A stretch of DNA of 64,000 bases from Acidobacteriota bacterium. Lineage in GTDB: Bacteria > Acidobacteriota > Thermoanaerobaculia > Gp7-AA8. Shown in pieces: positions 31,647-39,979 of this stretch. The stretch is taken from NCBI GenBank assembly GCA_019244185.1, contig JAFATB010000006.1, positions 544,001-608,000 on the forward strand, read 5' to 3'. The notes beneath the pieces were generated by a model. It was not told the DNA's origin. It did not search any database and saw only the letters and a list, made by a program, of their open reading frames with translations. Positions within the stretch are counted from its first letter, which is position 1; each line of letters begins with the position of its first letter. The position numbers were made by a program, and so were the translations under genes.

Positions 31647-32360
31647 TCAGTGACTGCGCGCGTAGGCCGGCAGCGGCGCGGGCGCGCCTGCGAGCTCCGC
31701 CGCCGCGCGCGCGGCACCGAGCAGCACCGCCGCGCGCTTGCGGTCGCGCTCGAGCTGCGCCGCCGCATACAACACGTTCGCGAGCTCGAGCGTCGTGCGC
31801 CGCATCTCGTTTCCGAGCAGCAGCTCGTGCATCGTGCGCGACTCGCTTCCCAGCAACGCGCGCAGCTTCGGCACGCTGCGGAGGAAACGCTCCACGCGCG
31901 CGACGTTCACCGTCGCCGCGCTTCCCTCTTCGAGATCGGCGCCGCGGTGGCTTCCGCGCACGCGATGCTGCCGCGACTGCTCGCTGCAACGGCGCACCGC
32001 GTCGACGAGCGCGCTGACCTCGAACGGCTTCCGCACCACCGCGAATGCCTTCGCGAGTGCCGCGTTCTTCACGACCGCAGCCGGCGCCGTGGTCATGATC
32101 ACCGTCCGCCGCAACACCTCGGCCGGCACGCGCTCGATCTCCTCCAGCGCCGCCGCGCGATTGCGCGCGGAGAGATCGACGTCGCGCACGATCGCGGCCG
32201 CGGTCTGCTCGGCGTCCGCGCCGATCGCATCGCAATCCGCGTAACCGCGAGTGGTGAAGCCGGCGCGGCGCAGCAAGGCGGCGACCATCGTGCGCACGGC
32301 CTCGTCGCGGTCGACGATCAGCACGACGCCGCGATTGCCTTTCTGCGGGATTTCCGCCAT
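31647..32360 (-). CDS. Atypical receiver-domain protein with helical C-terminal extension
   Basis: VLIVDRDEAVR, IVRDVDL, VRKPF. Confidence 0.65.
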   Translation of the reverse strand: MAEIPQKGNRGVVLIVDRDEAVRTMVAALLRRAGFTTRGYADCDAIGADAEQTAAAIVRDVDLSARNRAAALEEIERVPAEVLRRTVIMTTAPAAVVKNAALAKAFAVVRKPFEVSALVDAVRRCSEQSRQHRVRGSHRGADLEEGSAATVNVARVERFLRSVPKLRALLGSESRTMHELLLGNEMRRTTLELANVLYAAAQLERDRKRAAVLLGAARAAAELAGAPAPLPAYARSH

Positions 32361-32455
32361 GCGTGCAGAATGTCGCACGCGGCGTTTGGTGTCCCTCAGG
32401 GAAATGCCTGACAAACGCGCAGTCGAGGCAGACGCAAGCGCACGTTCATGAGATG

Positions 32456-32489
32456 AAAAACTCTCCCCGCCCGCGCGGGGAGAGTTTTT
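32456..32489. terminator. Intrinsic terminator (symmetric) downstream of the subtilisin gene
   Basis: AAAAACTCTCCCCGC-CCGC-GCGGGGAGAGTTTTT. Confidence 0.85.
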
Positions 32490-32505
32490 GCGAGAACGCC
32501 TGAAG

Positions 32506-33897
32506 TTACTGCAGACCGAGGGCGCGGGGCGCGTTGATCTTCCCCTTGCCGTAGAACGGATCGGTGCCCGGCTGGCCGAGGTCGTCGGCCGACTGCTGCA
32601 GGCGCGCCTTCACCTGCGACGGCTTGTCCTTGCCGACGTTCTCGACGATGAGCGCGGCCAGACCGGTGACGTGCGGCGCGGCCATCGACGTGCCGTTCGC
32701 GCCGACGATGAAGTTGCCGGTGCGGCAGATCGTCAGGCCGACGGACGCCGCGCTGCGCGAGCACGCGGAGTAGACGAAGCCGCCCGGGTTCGTGGCGCCG
32801 CTGCCGGTGCCGCCCGGCGCGGAGACGTTGATCGACGAGCGGCCGAAGTTCGTGTAGCCGGCGATGGCGTCGTAGCCGTTCGGCCACGGGCCGTTCACGC
32901 TGCCCGACGCCGAAGGTCCGAGCGCGGAGACGCAGACGGTGTTCGGCGCGTCGCAGTACGTCGTCTCGATGTTGCCGTCGTGGTCGAGATCGCGGCCGTC
33001 GTTGCCCGCGGCCACCACGATGAGTGTGCCCTTGCGATGCGCGTAGTTGAAGACGCGGTTGATCATGCCGATGAAGCGGCCGTTGCCCGCCTTCGTGAAA
33101 CCGCCGCCGAGGCTCATGTTCGCGACGTCGGCGTCGATGTCGGCGGCATACAGAACGCCGCTGAGCACGGAGCCGAACGAGCCGCTGCCGGCGGTGCACT
33201 GTCCGAACTGATCGGTCGTGAGTCCGAGCACCTTCACCGGCACGAGGCGCACGCGCGAGGTGACGCCAGCGGTCGCGCGCGCGTTGCTGGAGACCGTCGC
33301 GGCGACGTGGGTGCCGTGGAAGACGAGATCGTCCGTCGCACCGAACGTGAACGGCGCGCCCGGCACGCAGGCCGGGTTGTCGAGCTGGAACTGCGCGCCG
33401 AGCGAGTAGTCGACGAGGCCGGCCAGATCGACGTGCGGGCTCGCGCTGCGGTCGATGCCAGTGTCGAGGATGGCCACGCGGACGTTCGGCGAGCCGATGC
33501 GGCCCGCGGCCCACGCGACGTCCGCACCGATGGAGCGCATGTTCCACTGGCGCGCGAAGAACGCGGCCGTCGACGGCACGGCCGTGCTGGTGGCATCGGC
33601 GAACGACTGCTCGGCCGAGGCCACTTCGATCTGATCGTCGAGGACGAAGTTCTCGTCCGCCTGTACTTCAGCGACACCGGAGAGCGCGCCGAGACGGGCC
33701 GCGCCGTTCGCGTCGATACCGGACACGATGGCCATGACCTCGTGCTGGAACGCGACCCGGCCGCCCACGCTGGCCACCGTCGACGAGAAATTCGCCGGCG
33801 AGCCGTTCTTGAAGGCGACGATGTAGTCACCGGCGAACGCGCCGGCAGCCACGGAGAGCAAACACACTACGAACGCACCGCGCATCAGATTCTTCAT
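32506..33897 (-). CDS. Secreted S8 subtilisin-like serine peptidase with propeptide
   Basis: Signal peptide; catalytic ILDTG, HGTHVA, GTSMAAPHV; AAGN oxyanion motif. Confidence 0.93.
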   Translation of the reverse strand: MKNLMRGAFVVCLLSVAAGAFAGDYIVAFKNGSPANFSSTVASVGGRVAFQHEVMAIVSGIDANGAARLGALSGVAEVQADENFVLDDQIEVASAEQSFADATSTAVPSTAAFFARQWNMRSIGADVAWAAGRIGSPNVRVAILDTGIDRSASPHVDLAGLVDYSLGAQFQLDNPACVPGAPFTFGATDDLVFHGTHVAATVSSNARATAGVTSRVRLVPVKVLGLTTDQFGQCTAGSGSFGSVLSGVLYAADIDADVANMSLGGGFTKAGNGRFIGMINRVFNYAHRKGTLIVVAAGNDGRDLDHDGNIETTYCDAPNTVCVSALGPSASGSVNGPWPNGYDAIAGYTNFGRSSINVSAPGGTGSGATNPGGFVYSACSRSAASVGLTICRTGNFIVGANGTSMAAPHVTGLAALIVENVGKDKPSQVKARLQQSADDLGQPGTDPFYGKGKINAPRALGLQ

Positions 33898-33990
33898 ATG
33901 CACCTGGACCGATCCTTTCGTGATGTGGGAAAGAGCGGCCGTAGTGTAGTGCGGGATCGCGGGATGTCAAGCAGTACTTACGGACGGCCG

Positions 33991-35472
33991 TCAGCTGTTC
34001 GGGGTGAGGATATACGTCACCAGTCCGCCGTGGCGCCGCGTGGGATCGGCGACGAGGTGGAACTCCTTCCCGCTGACGTGTTTGATGCCGATGCTCAGAT
34101 GGGTACAGGTGCCGTTGATCTTGAGCTCATTTCCGTTGCCGGGAGTGAGTTTGCAGTCGATCTTGTCCCACAGGCTGTAGTAGTCGGCTTTGGCCATCGG
34201 GTCGTAATACTTCTTGAGAAGCTTGACCAGCACCGCGGCGTGGCTCGTAAAGACGAAGAACCCGTCTTTCTTGATGCCGTTGTATTCGATATTGCTCTTG
34301 ATCTGCGGATCGATGAACGTAGGGACTCTCACAATCGCCGACTGGTTCTGCGGGAGTACATAATCCGTCTCGGCGTCCACGCCGTACTTCTGGAGAATCG
34401 TGGCGAACGCATTCGCGAGCGTAATGCAGCTTCCGTAGCGGTCCAGTGAATTCGGGTTCTCCATGAAATCCTCGGCCTGGTCGTCGGTGCCGATGAACGC
34501 CGTCCCATTGACCAGCGCGGACGCAGAGTACCGGAAGCCATAGTTCGTGAATTCTTTGAACAGCCTGTCGACGAACAGCCGCAGGCTGGCCTTGTCGTTT
34601 ACATGGACGGCCGTGGATCCGTAATAGAGCTCGCCCTTCTTGCCTTTGGTCACGCTACGCGTGATGTACCCCATCGGATCGCGCTGCTGCCATTGAATAT
34701 TGCTCCAGCCAAGGCGCAGGTGCGTCAATCGCGTATCGAGCGTGGTGAGGTCGTTTTCGAGCGCGTTGTACTGCCCTTCGTTGTACGCGGCCCGATCGAG
34801 ATTGTTGAATCGCTGCTGGATCTGGACCAATACGGTCGGCGGCCGCATCCAGGAACGGTTCGTCGCAAAGTCATTGAGCGTATTCGCGATTTTCGTGCGC
34901 AGATTGTCGCGCAGCGTATTGATGCGCGTCTCCTGTTCGTTGTAGCCCTGCATGAAGCCGAGCAGCCAATTGAAGCGGTTGTATGTGAGCGGCTGGGCCG
35001 TACCCGGCGGGAGCCGCCGCGGCGGCGCGGCATCCACGCGCTGCACGGCCTGAATCGCCATCCGCTCCGCCTCCGCTTCCAGCATCGCATCCTGCACGAC
35101 CGCCACGCCGCTGCCGCTTACATTCCGCACGCGTCCCGTCCGCTGCTGCACGACGTGCGCGAGCTCGTGCGCGAGCGTATGCCGCCCATGCGGCGTGGCC
35201 GGATCGTACTGGCCGGCCGCGAAATGAATGTGCGAGCCGTGCGTGAACGCCTGCGCGCGGATCGCCTGCGCCACCGCGCTCGACGGATGGACGCGCACGT
35301 GATCGAACCGCTGCCCGAACGCCGCTTCCATCCGCTGCCGTACATCGGCCGCCAATGGCTGCCCACCCTGCACCGGCAACCGCGCCGCCTCCTGCGGCGA
35401 GAGCCGCGCCGGAACCTGTGCCCCGCGAGGAAACCGCCCTTGAATCACCGAGCCGTTCATCGGATGAGCCAT
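33991..35472 (-). CDS. DUF4157 (eCIS core domain) protein with putative Cys-His-Asp effector domain
   Basis: GQPL...RMEAAFG...VRVH...AQAFTHGSHIHF...LAHELAHVVQQ...LEAEAE; C-terminal GSCITLA...SHA...YDP; C-terminal half is more AT-rich. Confidence 0.8.
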   Translation of the reverse strand: MAHPMNGSVIQGRFPRGAQVPARLSPQEAARLPVQGGQPLAADVRQRMEAAFGQRFDHVRVHPSSAVAQAIRAQAFTHGSHIHFAAGQYDPATPHGRHTLAHELAHVVQQRTGRVRNVSGSGVAVVQDAMLEAEAERMAIQAVQRVDAAPPRRLPPGTAQPLTYNRFNWLLGFMQGYNEQETRINTLRDNLRTKIANTLNDFATNRSWMRPPTVLVQIQQRFNNLDRAAYNEGQYNALENDLTTLDTRLTHLRLGWSNIQWQQRDPMGYITRSVTKGKKGELYYGSTAVHVNDKASLRLFVDRLFKEFTNYGFRYSASALVNGTAFIGTDDQAEDFMENPNSLDRYGSCITLANAFATILQKYGVDAETDYVLPQNQSAIVRVPTFIDPQIKSNIEYNGIKKDGFFVFTSHAAVLVKLLKKYYDPMAKADYYSLWDKIDCKLTPGNGNELKINGTCTHLSIGIKHVSGKEFHLVADPTRRHGGLVTYILTPNS

Positions 35473-35535
35473 GATCCCTCGTCTCCGTCGTTCAGCGTCT
35501 CGGGAAGTAAGGAGATTTTACGACAGGGGGAGTTT

Positions 35536-35611
35536 TGGCTGTGGCGGGAGGGCTCGAACCTCCGACCACCGGATTAACAATCCGGCGCTCTACCAACTGA
35601 GCTACACCACA
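35536..35611 (-). tRNA. tRNA-Asn (GTT)
   Basis: Reverse complement TGTGGTG TA GCTCAGTTGGTAGAGC G CCGGA TTGTTAA TCCGG TGGTC GGAGG TTCGAGC CCTCC CGCCACA GCCA folds as a cloverleaf with encoded CCA. Confidence 0.96.
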
Positions 35612-35645
35612 GTACGTGCGCGGCGGGAGGGGGATGGTGGCGCGG

Positions 35646-36353
35646 TCAGCGGGGGGTTGTCAAGGCGGTGCGGATGGCGCGCAGGCGCTCCAGCGCTTGC
35701 GGCATGTCGGCGTGGATGCAGATCGTGTCGAAGGCGATCGGGATGCGGGTGCCGTCGCGGGCGATGACGGCGCGTTCGTTCGCGAGCATTACGGCCTGCG
35801 CGGCGGCTTCTTCGATCGTGAGCGTGGAGCCGGTGATGCTGCGCGGGACAAGCGAGCCGTCGGGCTCGTAGCGGCGGTCGGCGAAGGCCTCGCGGATGAC
35901 GCGCGTGCCGGCGGCTTGGGCGGCGGCGGCCATCTGCGAGCGATCGGGCGCGACGATGGCGATGGTGGGATCGACGGCACACATTGCGTCGACGATCGTG
36001 TCCGCGCGCGTGCGGTCTTTGTGCGCGTCGTTGTACAGCGCGCCGTGCGGCTTCACGTGCTCCACGCGCGCGAACGCGCGCAGCGCGGAGATCTGCGCGA
36101 TGAGCGACGCGCGCAGCGCGTCGGCGTCGAGATCGAGCGAGCGGCGGCCGAAGTGCTCGCGATCGGGATAGGACGGATGTGCGCCGAACGCGACGCCGTA
36201 GCGCGCGGCGAAGGCCGCGGCCTCGCGCATCGAGGTCTCGTCGCCGACGTGACCGCCGCACGCGACGTTCGCGGACGTGATCAGCGGCCAGATCCCGTCT
36301 TCGTCCGGCGAACCTTCGCCGAGGTCGGCGCTGAGATCGAGATCGAGAGTCAC
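35646..36353 (-). CDS. pxpA: LamB/YcsF family protein (5-oxoprolinase subunit A)
   Basis: DLGEG, SANVACGGH, GAHPSYPD, HVKPHGALYN, EAFADRRY, TICIHAD; GTG start overlaps the MFS stop. Confidence 0.9.
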   Translation of the reverse strand: MTLDLDLSADLGEGSPDEDGIWPLITSANVACGGHVGDETSMREAAAFAARYGVAFGAHPSYPDREHFGRRSLDLDADALRASLIAQISALRAFARVEHVKPHGALYNDAHKDRTRADTIVDAMCAVDPTIAIVAPDRSQMAAAAQAAGTRVIREAFADRRYEPDGSLVPRSITGSTLTIEEAAAQAVMLANERAVIARDGTRIPIAFDTICIHADMPQALERLRAIRTALTTPR

Positions 36354-37549
36354 AGCTCGGTTCCTTTCGTTTCGGGTAGGAGCCAGATGAGGACCCCGCC
36401 GAGCGCGAAGAACGCGGCGTCGGCGGCGAGGGAGAAGCGGAAGCCGTACGTCGCCGCCGCGGCGCCGATCGCGTACGGCGCGGCCGCGGACGCGAGGCGG
36501 CCGCCGTTGTAGCAGAAGCCCTGCGCGCTCGCGCGGATGCGCGTCGGAAAGAGCTCGGCGAGCATCGCGCCGAACAGCGAGAAATAGCCGTGCGCGAAGT
36601 AGCCTACCAGCGGGCCGATGAGCAGGAGCGTCAGCTTCGAGCGCGCGCCGAATGCGAACAGCGGCACCACCGCGGTCGCGGCGATCATGAAGAAGGTGAA
36701 CGCGGGACGGCGTCCGATGCGGTCGGCAATCCAGCCGAAGCTCACATAGCCGAAGAACGCTCCGATCTGCAGCACGATCAGCCACGCGGCCGACTTCGTC
36801 AGCGTCAGCCCCGCGCCGCCCTGCGCCACAGGCGTCGCCAGAAACGCGGGCAGCCACGACGTCACGCCCCAGAATGCGACGAGCACGCTGCTCGCGAGGA
36901 GCGTCGCCAGCACGACGCGCGCGCGGAATGCGGGGCCGAACAGCTCGAGCCAGCGCGACGGCTCGCGCGCGCGCCACACCTCCGGCTCTTCGACGTTGCG
37001 GCGAATCGCGAACGCGAGCACCGCCGGCAGCGCGCCGATGAGAAACAGCACGCGCCAGCCGAAGCGCTCGAGGACGAGCGCGGAAATGCCCGCGGCGAAG
37101 AGCGCGCCGATCGCCCACCCCGCCTGCATGATCCCCATCGCCTTCGCGCGATGTTGCGCAGGCCACGTCTCCGCGACGAGTACCGAGCCGCAGGACCACT
37201 CGCCGCCCATGCCGAGGCCGACCAGCACGCGCCACGCGATGAGCTGCCAGAGCGCGGACGACGTCGCGAGGCCCGCGGTCGCGGCGGAGTACAGCAGGAT
37301 GCTGAACGTCATCGCGCGCACGCGGCCGATGCGATCGGCGAGACGTCCGAAGCCGATGCCGCCGATCGCGCTCGCGATGAGCGCCACCGACGTGAGGCCG
37401 CCCATCGTCGACTTGGCGAGGCCGAACTCCTGCTGGATCGGCACGACGGCGAAGGTGAAGAGGAGGAAGTCCATCGCGTCGAGCATCCAGCCGAGCTGCG
37501 CGGCGAACAATGCGCGCCACGCGCGGCGGTCGACGTCGATGAAGGACAT
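36350..37549 (-). CDS. MFS transporter
   Basis: LDAMD, GRLADRIGR motif A, GLGMGGEW, AELFPTRIRA. Confidence 0.92.
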   Translation of the reverse strand: MSFIDVDRRAWRALFAAQLGWMLDAMDFLLFTFAVVPIQQEFGLAKSTMGGLTSVALIASAIGGIGFGRLADRIGRVRAMTFSILLYSAATAGLATSSALWQLIAWRVLVGLGMGGEWSCGSVLVAETWPAQHRAKAMGIMQAGWAIGALFAAGISALVLERFGWRVLFLIGALPAVLAFAIRRNVEEPEVWRAREPSRWLELFGPAFRARVVLATLLASSVLVAFWGVTSWLPAFLATPVAQGGAGLTLTKSAAWLIVLQIGAFFGYVSFGWIADRIGRRPAFTFFMIAATAVVPLFAFGARSKLTLLLIGPLVGYFAHGYFSLFGAMLAELFPTRIRASAQGFCYNGGRLASAAAPYAIGAAAATYGFRFSLAADAAFFALGGVLIWLLPETKGTEL

Positions 37550-37598
37550 CGCGGCGGAGTGTACAACGCCGCCGCGATGCCGGTTCAACGCGAGAGAT

Positions 37599-38011
37599 TC
37601 ATCAGGACGAAAGGGCCGCGATCATGGCAACCGCTCACAAGCGCCGGATTCAGGGACTGCACCGGCGGCATCTCAATTTGCATTCGAAGTCGGTTTAAAG
37701 CCGGAACATCGACAGCGGACCGCCGTGCGATCCGCCGAACAGCGCCGAATCTTACGCGCCGCCGCAGAGAACCGCGACAGCGATCAGGGCGCCGACCGCA
37801 AAACCATTCCAGAAGTCCGTGGCGGCTTCGCTGATGGGGGCGACGACGTTTTCCATTTCTTCGATCATGAGCATGTGAGTGATCTCCTTTTCCATGTAGT
37901 GGGCGATTCGATTGGGGGTGTAACTGCCGGGGACATGACAACCGGACGCCGAGGGGCTACTGCATCGTGGCGCTGAGGGTTGCCGTGATCGCGGCTCTCT
38001 CCTCCTGATGA
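37599..38011. repeat. 34-bp inverted-repeat pair (37599-37632 / 37978-38011) enclosing precursor gene A2
   Basis: TCATCAGGACGAAAGGGCCGCGATCATGGCAACC versus the reverse complement of the right arm TCATCAGGAGGAGAGAGCCGCGATCACGGCAACC (30/34 identical). Confidence 0.85.
37752..37874 (-). CDS. RiPP precursor peptide type A (copy 2): MLMIEEMENVVAPISEAATDFWNGFAVGALIAVAVLCGGA
   Basis: Manual translation; AAAGGAG RBS; paralogue of 39857..39979. Confidence 0.88.
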   Translation of the reverse strand: MLMIEEMENVVAPISEAATDFWNGFAVGALIAVAVLCGGA

Positions 38012-38015
38012 CTCC

Positions 38016-39242
38016 TTATTCGTAACGAAGACATTCGATCGGATCGAGCATGGAGGCTTTCCACGCCGGATACAGACCGAAAAGAATTCCGATGGCCGCG
38101 GGGACGAGGAACGCGCTGCTGACGGCCCACAACGGAATGGGACTGAACGAGCCGAAGAATCCGTGGCTGATCGCGCCGCCGGCCGCATAGCCGAGCGCAA
38201 CGCCGGCCGCTCCGCCGAGGAGCGATAAGAGCGACGCTTCAATGAGGAACTGCACCAGGATGTCGCGCGGCTTGGCGCCGACGGATTTCCGGATGCCGAT
38301 CTCACGCGTGCGCTCGGTGACCGTGACGAGCATGATGTTCATGATGCCGACGCCGCCGACGAGCAGCGCGATCGACACCATGCCGCCGGCCACGGCGCCG
38401 ATGAAGCGCGTAATGCCGGAGACGATGGAGACGAACTGCCGCTGGCTGAAGACGCGGAAGCCTTCCTGCTCTTTCGGTTTGAGGCCTTTGACGCGGCGTA
38501 ATGCGGCGGTGACGAGCTCCGCACCGTCATCCGCGCTGACCTTCGAGTCGATGCGCACCTGAAAGAACAGCTGATGGCGCTGCTCTTCGGTGAGCATCGG
38601 CAGGCCGGTGCGCAGCGGGATGAGGATCATGCTGTCGGGATCGGCGCCGAGGGTTGCGCCGCGTTCCTCCAGCACGCCGATGATCTCGAGTCCGAGAGAC
38701 GGCGTCTGAATGATCTTGCCGATGGGATTGCCTTTGATGGCGAGCTTCTCGAGCACCTTCGGGCCGACGATGACCACTTTGCTGCCGAGGCGGATCTCCG
38801 CCGGGACGAAATTGCGTCCGGTCTTGACGTTGATGTCGTTGAGCTCGAGATAGGTCTCGTCCGACATCAGCATGTTGACGGAGGTGGTGTGGCCGTTGGC
38901 CTTGAGATCGGTGCTCGTCAATGCGAGGGGTGTGACCTGGGTGACCTGGCGCACGAGGCGTTGCACGGCCTTCATGTCGTCTGCGGTCAGGTCGCGATTG
39001 CGGACTTTCCCATATTCCTCGAGCGGAACGTCGCCCGGCAGGAGAGGGCGGACGAGCAGCGTCTGGCTGCCGGCGCGCTCGATTTCCTGCAGGATGCTGC
39101 GCTCCATTCCCTGGACGAGGCTGACCACGGCGATGACGCTGGTCACGCCGATGACGATGCCCAGGGAGGTGAGGATCGAGCGCATTTTGTTCGCTTGGAG
39201 CGATTTGAGCGCCGCACGCAATGGCTCGATGAGGCCGAACAT
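38016..39242 (-). CDS. MacB/FtsX-family ABC transporter permease (YknZ-like)
   Basis: NKMRSILTSLGIVIGV, LLVGGVGIMNIMLVTVTERTREIGIRK, FLIEA, LDPIECLRYE; AAAGGA RBS before ATG 39242. Confidence 0.92.
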   Translation of the reverse strand: MFGLIEPLRAALKSLQANKMRSILTSLGIVIGVTSVIAVVSLVQGMERSILQEIERAGSQTLLVRPLLPGDVPLEEYGKVRNRDLTADDMKAVQRLVRQVTQVTPLALTSTDLKANGHTTSVNMLMSDETYLELNDINVKTGRNFVPAEIRLGSKVVIVGPKVLEKLAIKGNPIGKIIQTPSLGLEIIGVLEERGATLGADPDSMILIPLRTGLPMLTEEQRHQLFFQVRIDSKVSADDGAELVTAALRRVKGLKPKEQEGFRVFSQRQFVSIVSGITRFIGAVAGGMVSIALLVGGVGIMNIMLVTVTERTREIGIRKSVGAKPRDILVQFLIEASLLSLLGGAAGVALGYAAGGAISHGFFGSFSPIPLWAVSSAFLVPAAIGILFGLYPAWKASMLDPIECLRYE

Positions 39243-39291
39243 GGGATGAGGTCCTTTCTGTAAATTAATTGAGCGTTTGTGAACCCGAGGC

Positions 39292-39325
39292 CCCATTACG
39301 GCCTTCCGGAGAAGGCCGTAATGGG
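39292..39325 (-). other. Perfect 15-bp hairpin with C-UCCG-G (UNCG) tetraloop on the coding strand
   Basis: CCCATTACGGCCTTC-CGGA-GAAGGCCGTAATGGG; no U-tract follows. Confidence 0.75.
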
Positions 39326-39450
39326 ATGGCCGGAACTGCATGGCGATCCGCAGAAAAGAGCCGCGACCACGGCGATCAGCAACCCGTCAGCTTCACACCC
39401 ACAGCAAAACTGACGACGACTCGCCAAGGGACTCTTTCAGCCGAAGCCGA

Positions 39451-39573
39451 TTACGACGAGAGAGCCGCGATGATGATGATCGTCGCCGCGCCGGCGCCAG
39501 CACCCGCGAGCCACGTTCCGACGCTGGGGGCAACCACTTCTTCCATCTCTTCGATCATGAGCACGTTGTTCAT
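39451..39573 (-). CDS. RiPP precursor peptide type B (copy 2): MNNVLMIEEMEEVVAPSVGTWLAGAGAGAATIIIIAALSS
   Basis: Manual translation; AAGGA RBS; near-identical to 39647..39769 with mostly synonymous differences. Confidence 0.88.
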   Translation of the reverse strand: MNNVLMIEEMEEVVAPSVGTWLAGAGAGAATIIIIAALSS

Positions 39574-39646
39574 TGGAGTCTTTCCTTTTCTCTGAAGTTG
39601 GTGAAACGTTGTTGTTTAGGGACCGGGTCTGTTGGTGGACGACGGA

Positions 39647-39769
39647 CTACGAGGAGAGCGCCGCGATGATGATGATCGTCGCCGCGCCGGCGCCAGCGCC
39701 CGCGAGCCACGTTCCGACGCTGGGGGCAACCACTTCTTCCATCTCTTCGATCATGAGCATGTTGTTCAT
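39647..39769 (-). CDS. RiPP precursor peptide type B (copy 1): MNNMLMIEEMEEVVAPSVGTWLAGAGAGAATIIIIAALSS
   Basis: Manual translation; AAGGA RBS; core identical to copy 2. Confidence 0.88.
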   Translation of the reverse strand: MNNMLMIEEMEEVVAPSVGTWLAGAGAGAATIIIIAALSS

Positions 39770-39856
39770 TGGAGTCTTCCTTTTCTTTCTTTTAGTTAGT
39801 TTGTGAAAGGGCCCGAAATGAATCAATGCCCGTACTGCGTGTGAAGCAGAGGCGTC

Positions 39857-39979
39857 TTATGCGCCGCCGCAGAGGATCGCGCCCGCGATGAGCGCGCCGA
39901 TGGCGAAGCCCTGCCAGAAGTCGTTCGCGGCCTCGCTGATCGGGGCAACGATGGTTTCCATCTCTTCGATCATGACCAT
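39857..39979 (-). CDS. RiPP precursor peptide type A (copy 1): MVMIEEMETIVAPISEAANDFWQGFAIGALIAGAILCGGA
   Basis: Manual translation; AAAGGAG RBS; shared MIEEMExxVAP leader. Confidence 0.88.
   Translation of the reverse strand: MVMIEEMETIVAPISEAANDFWQGFAIGALIAGAILCGGA

Noticed and set aside
33991-35611. Integrative element at tRNA-Asn
   Set aside because: No integrase, and no duplicated tRNA 3' end was found by eye.
39269-39806. Plus-strand ORFs with the repeated AAMMMIVAAPAPAPASHVP sequence
   Set aside because: Antisense read-out of the duplicated type B precursors; the minus-strand frames have the RBSs and operon orientation.
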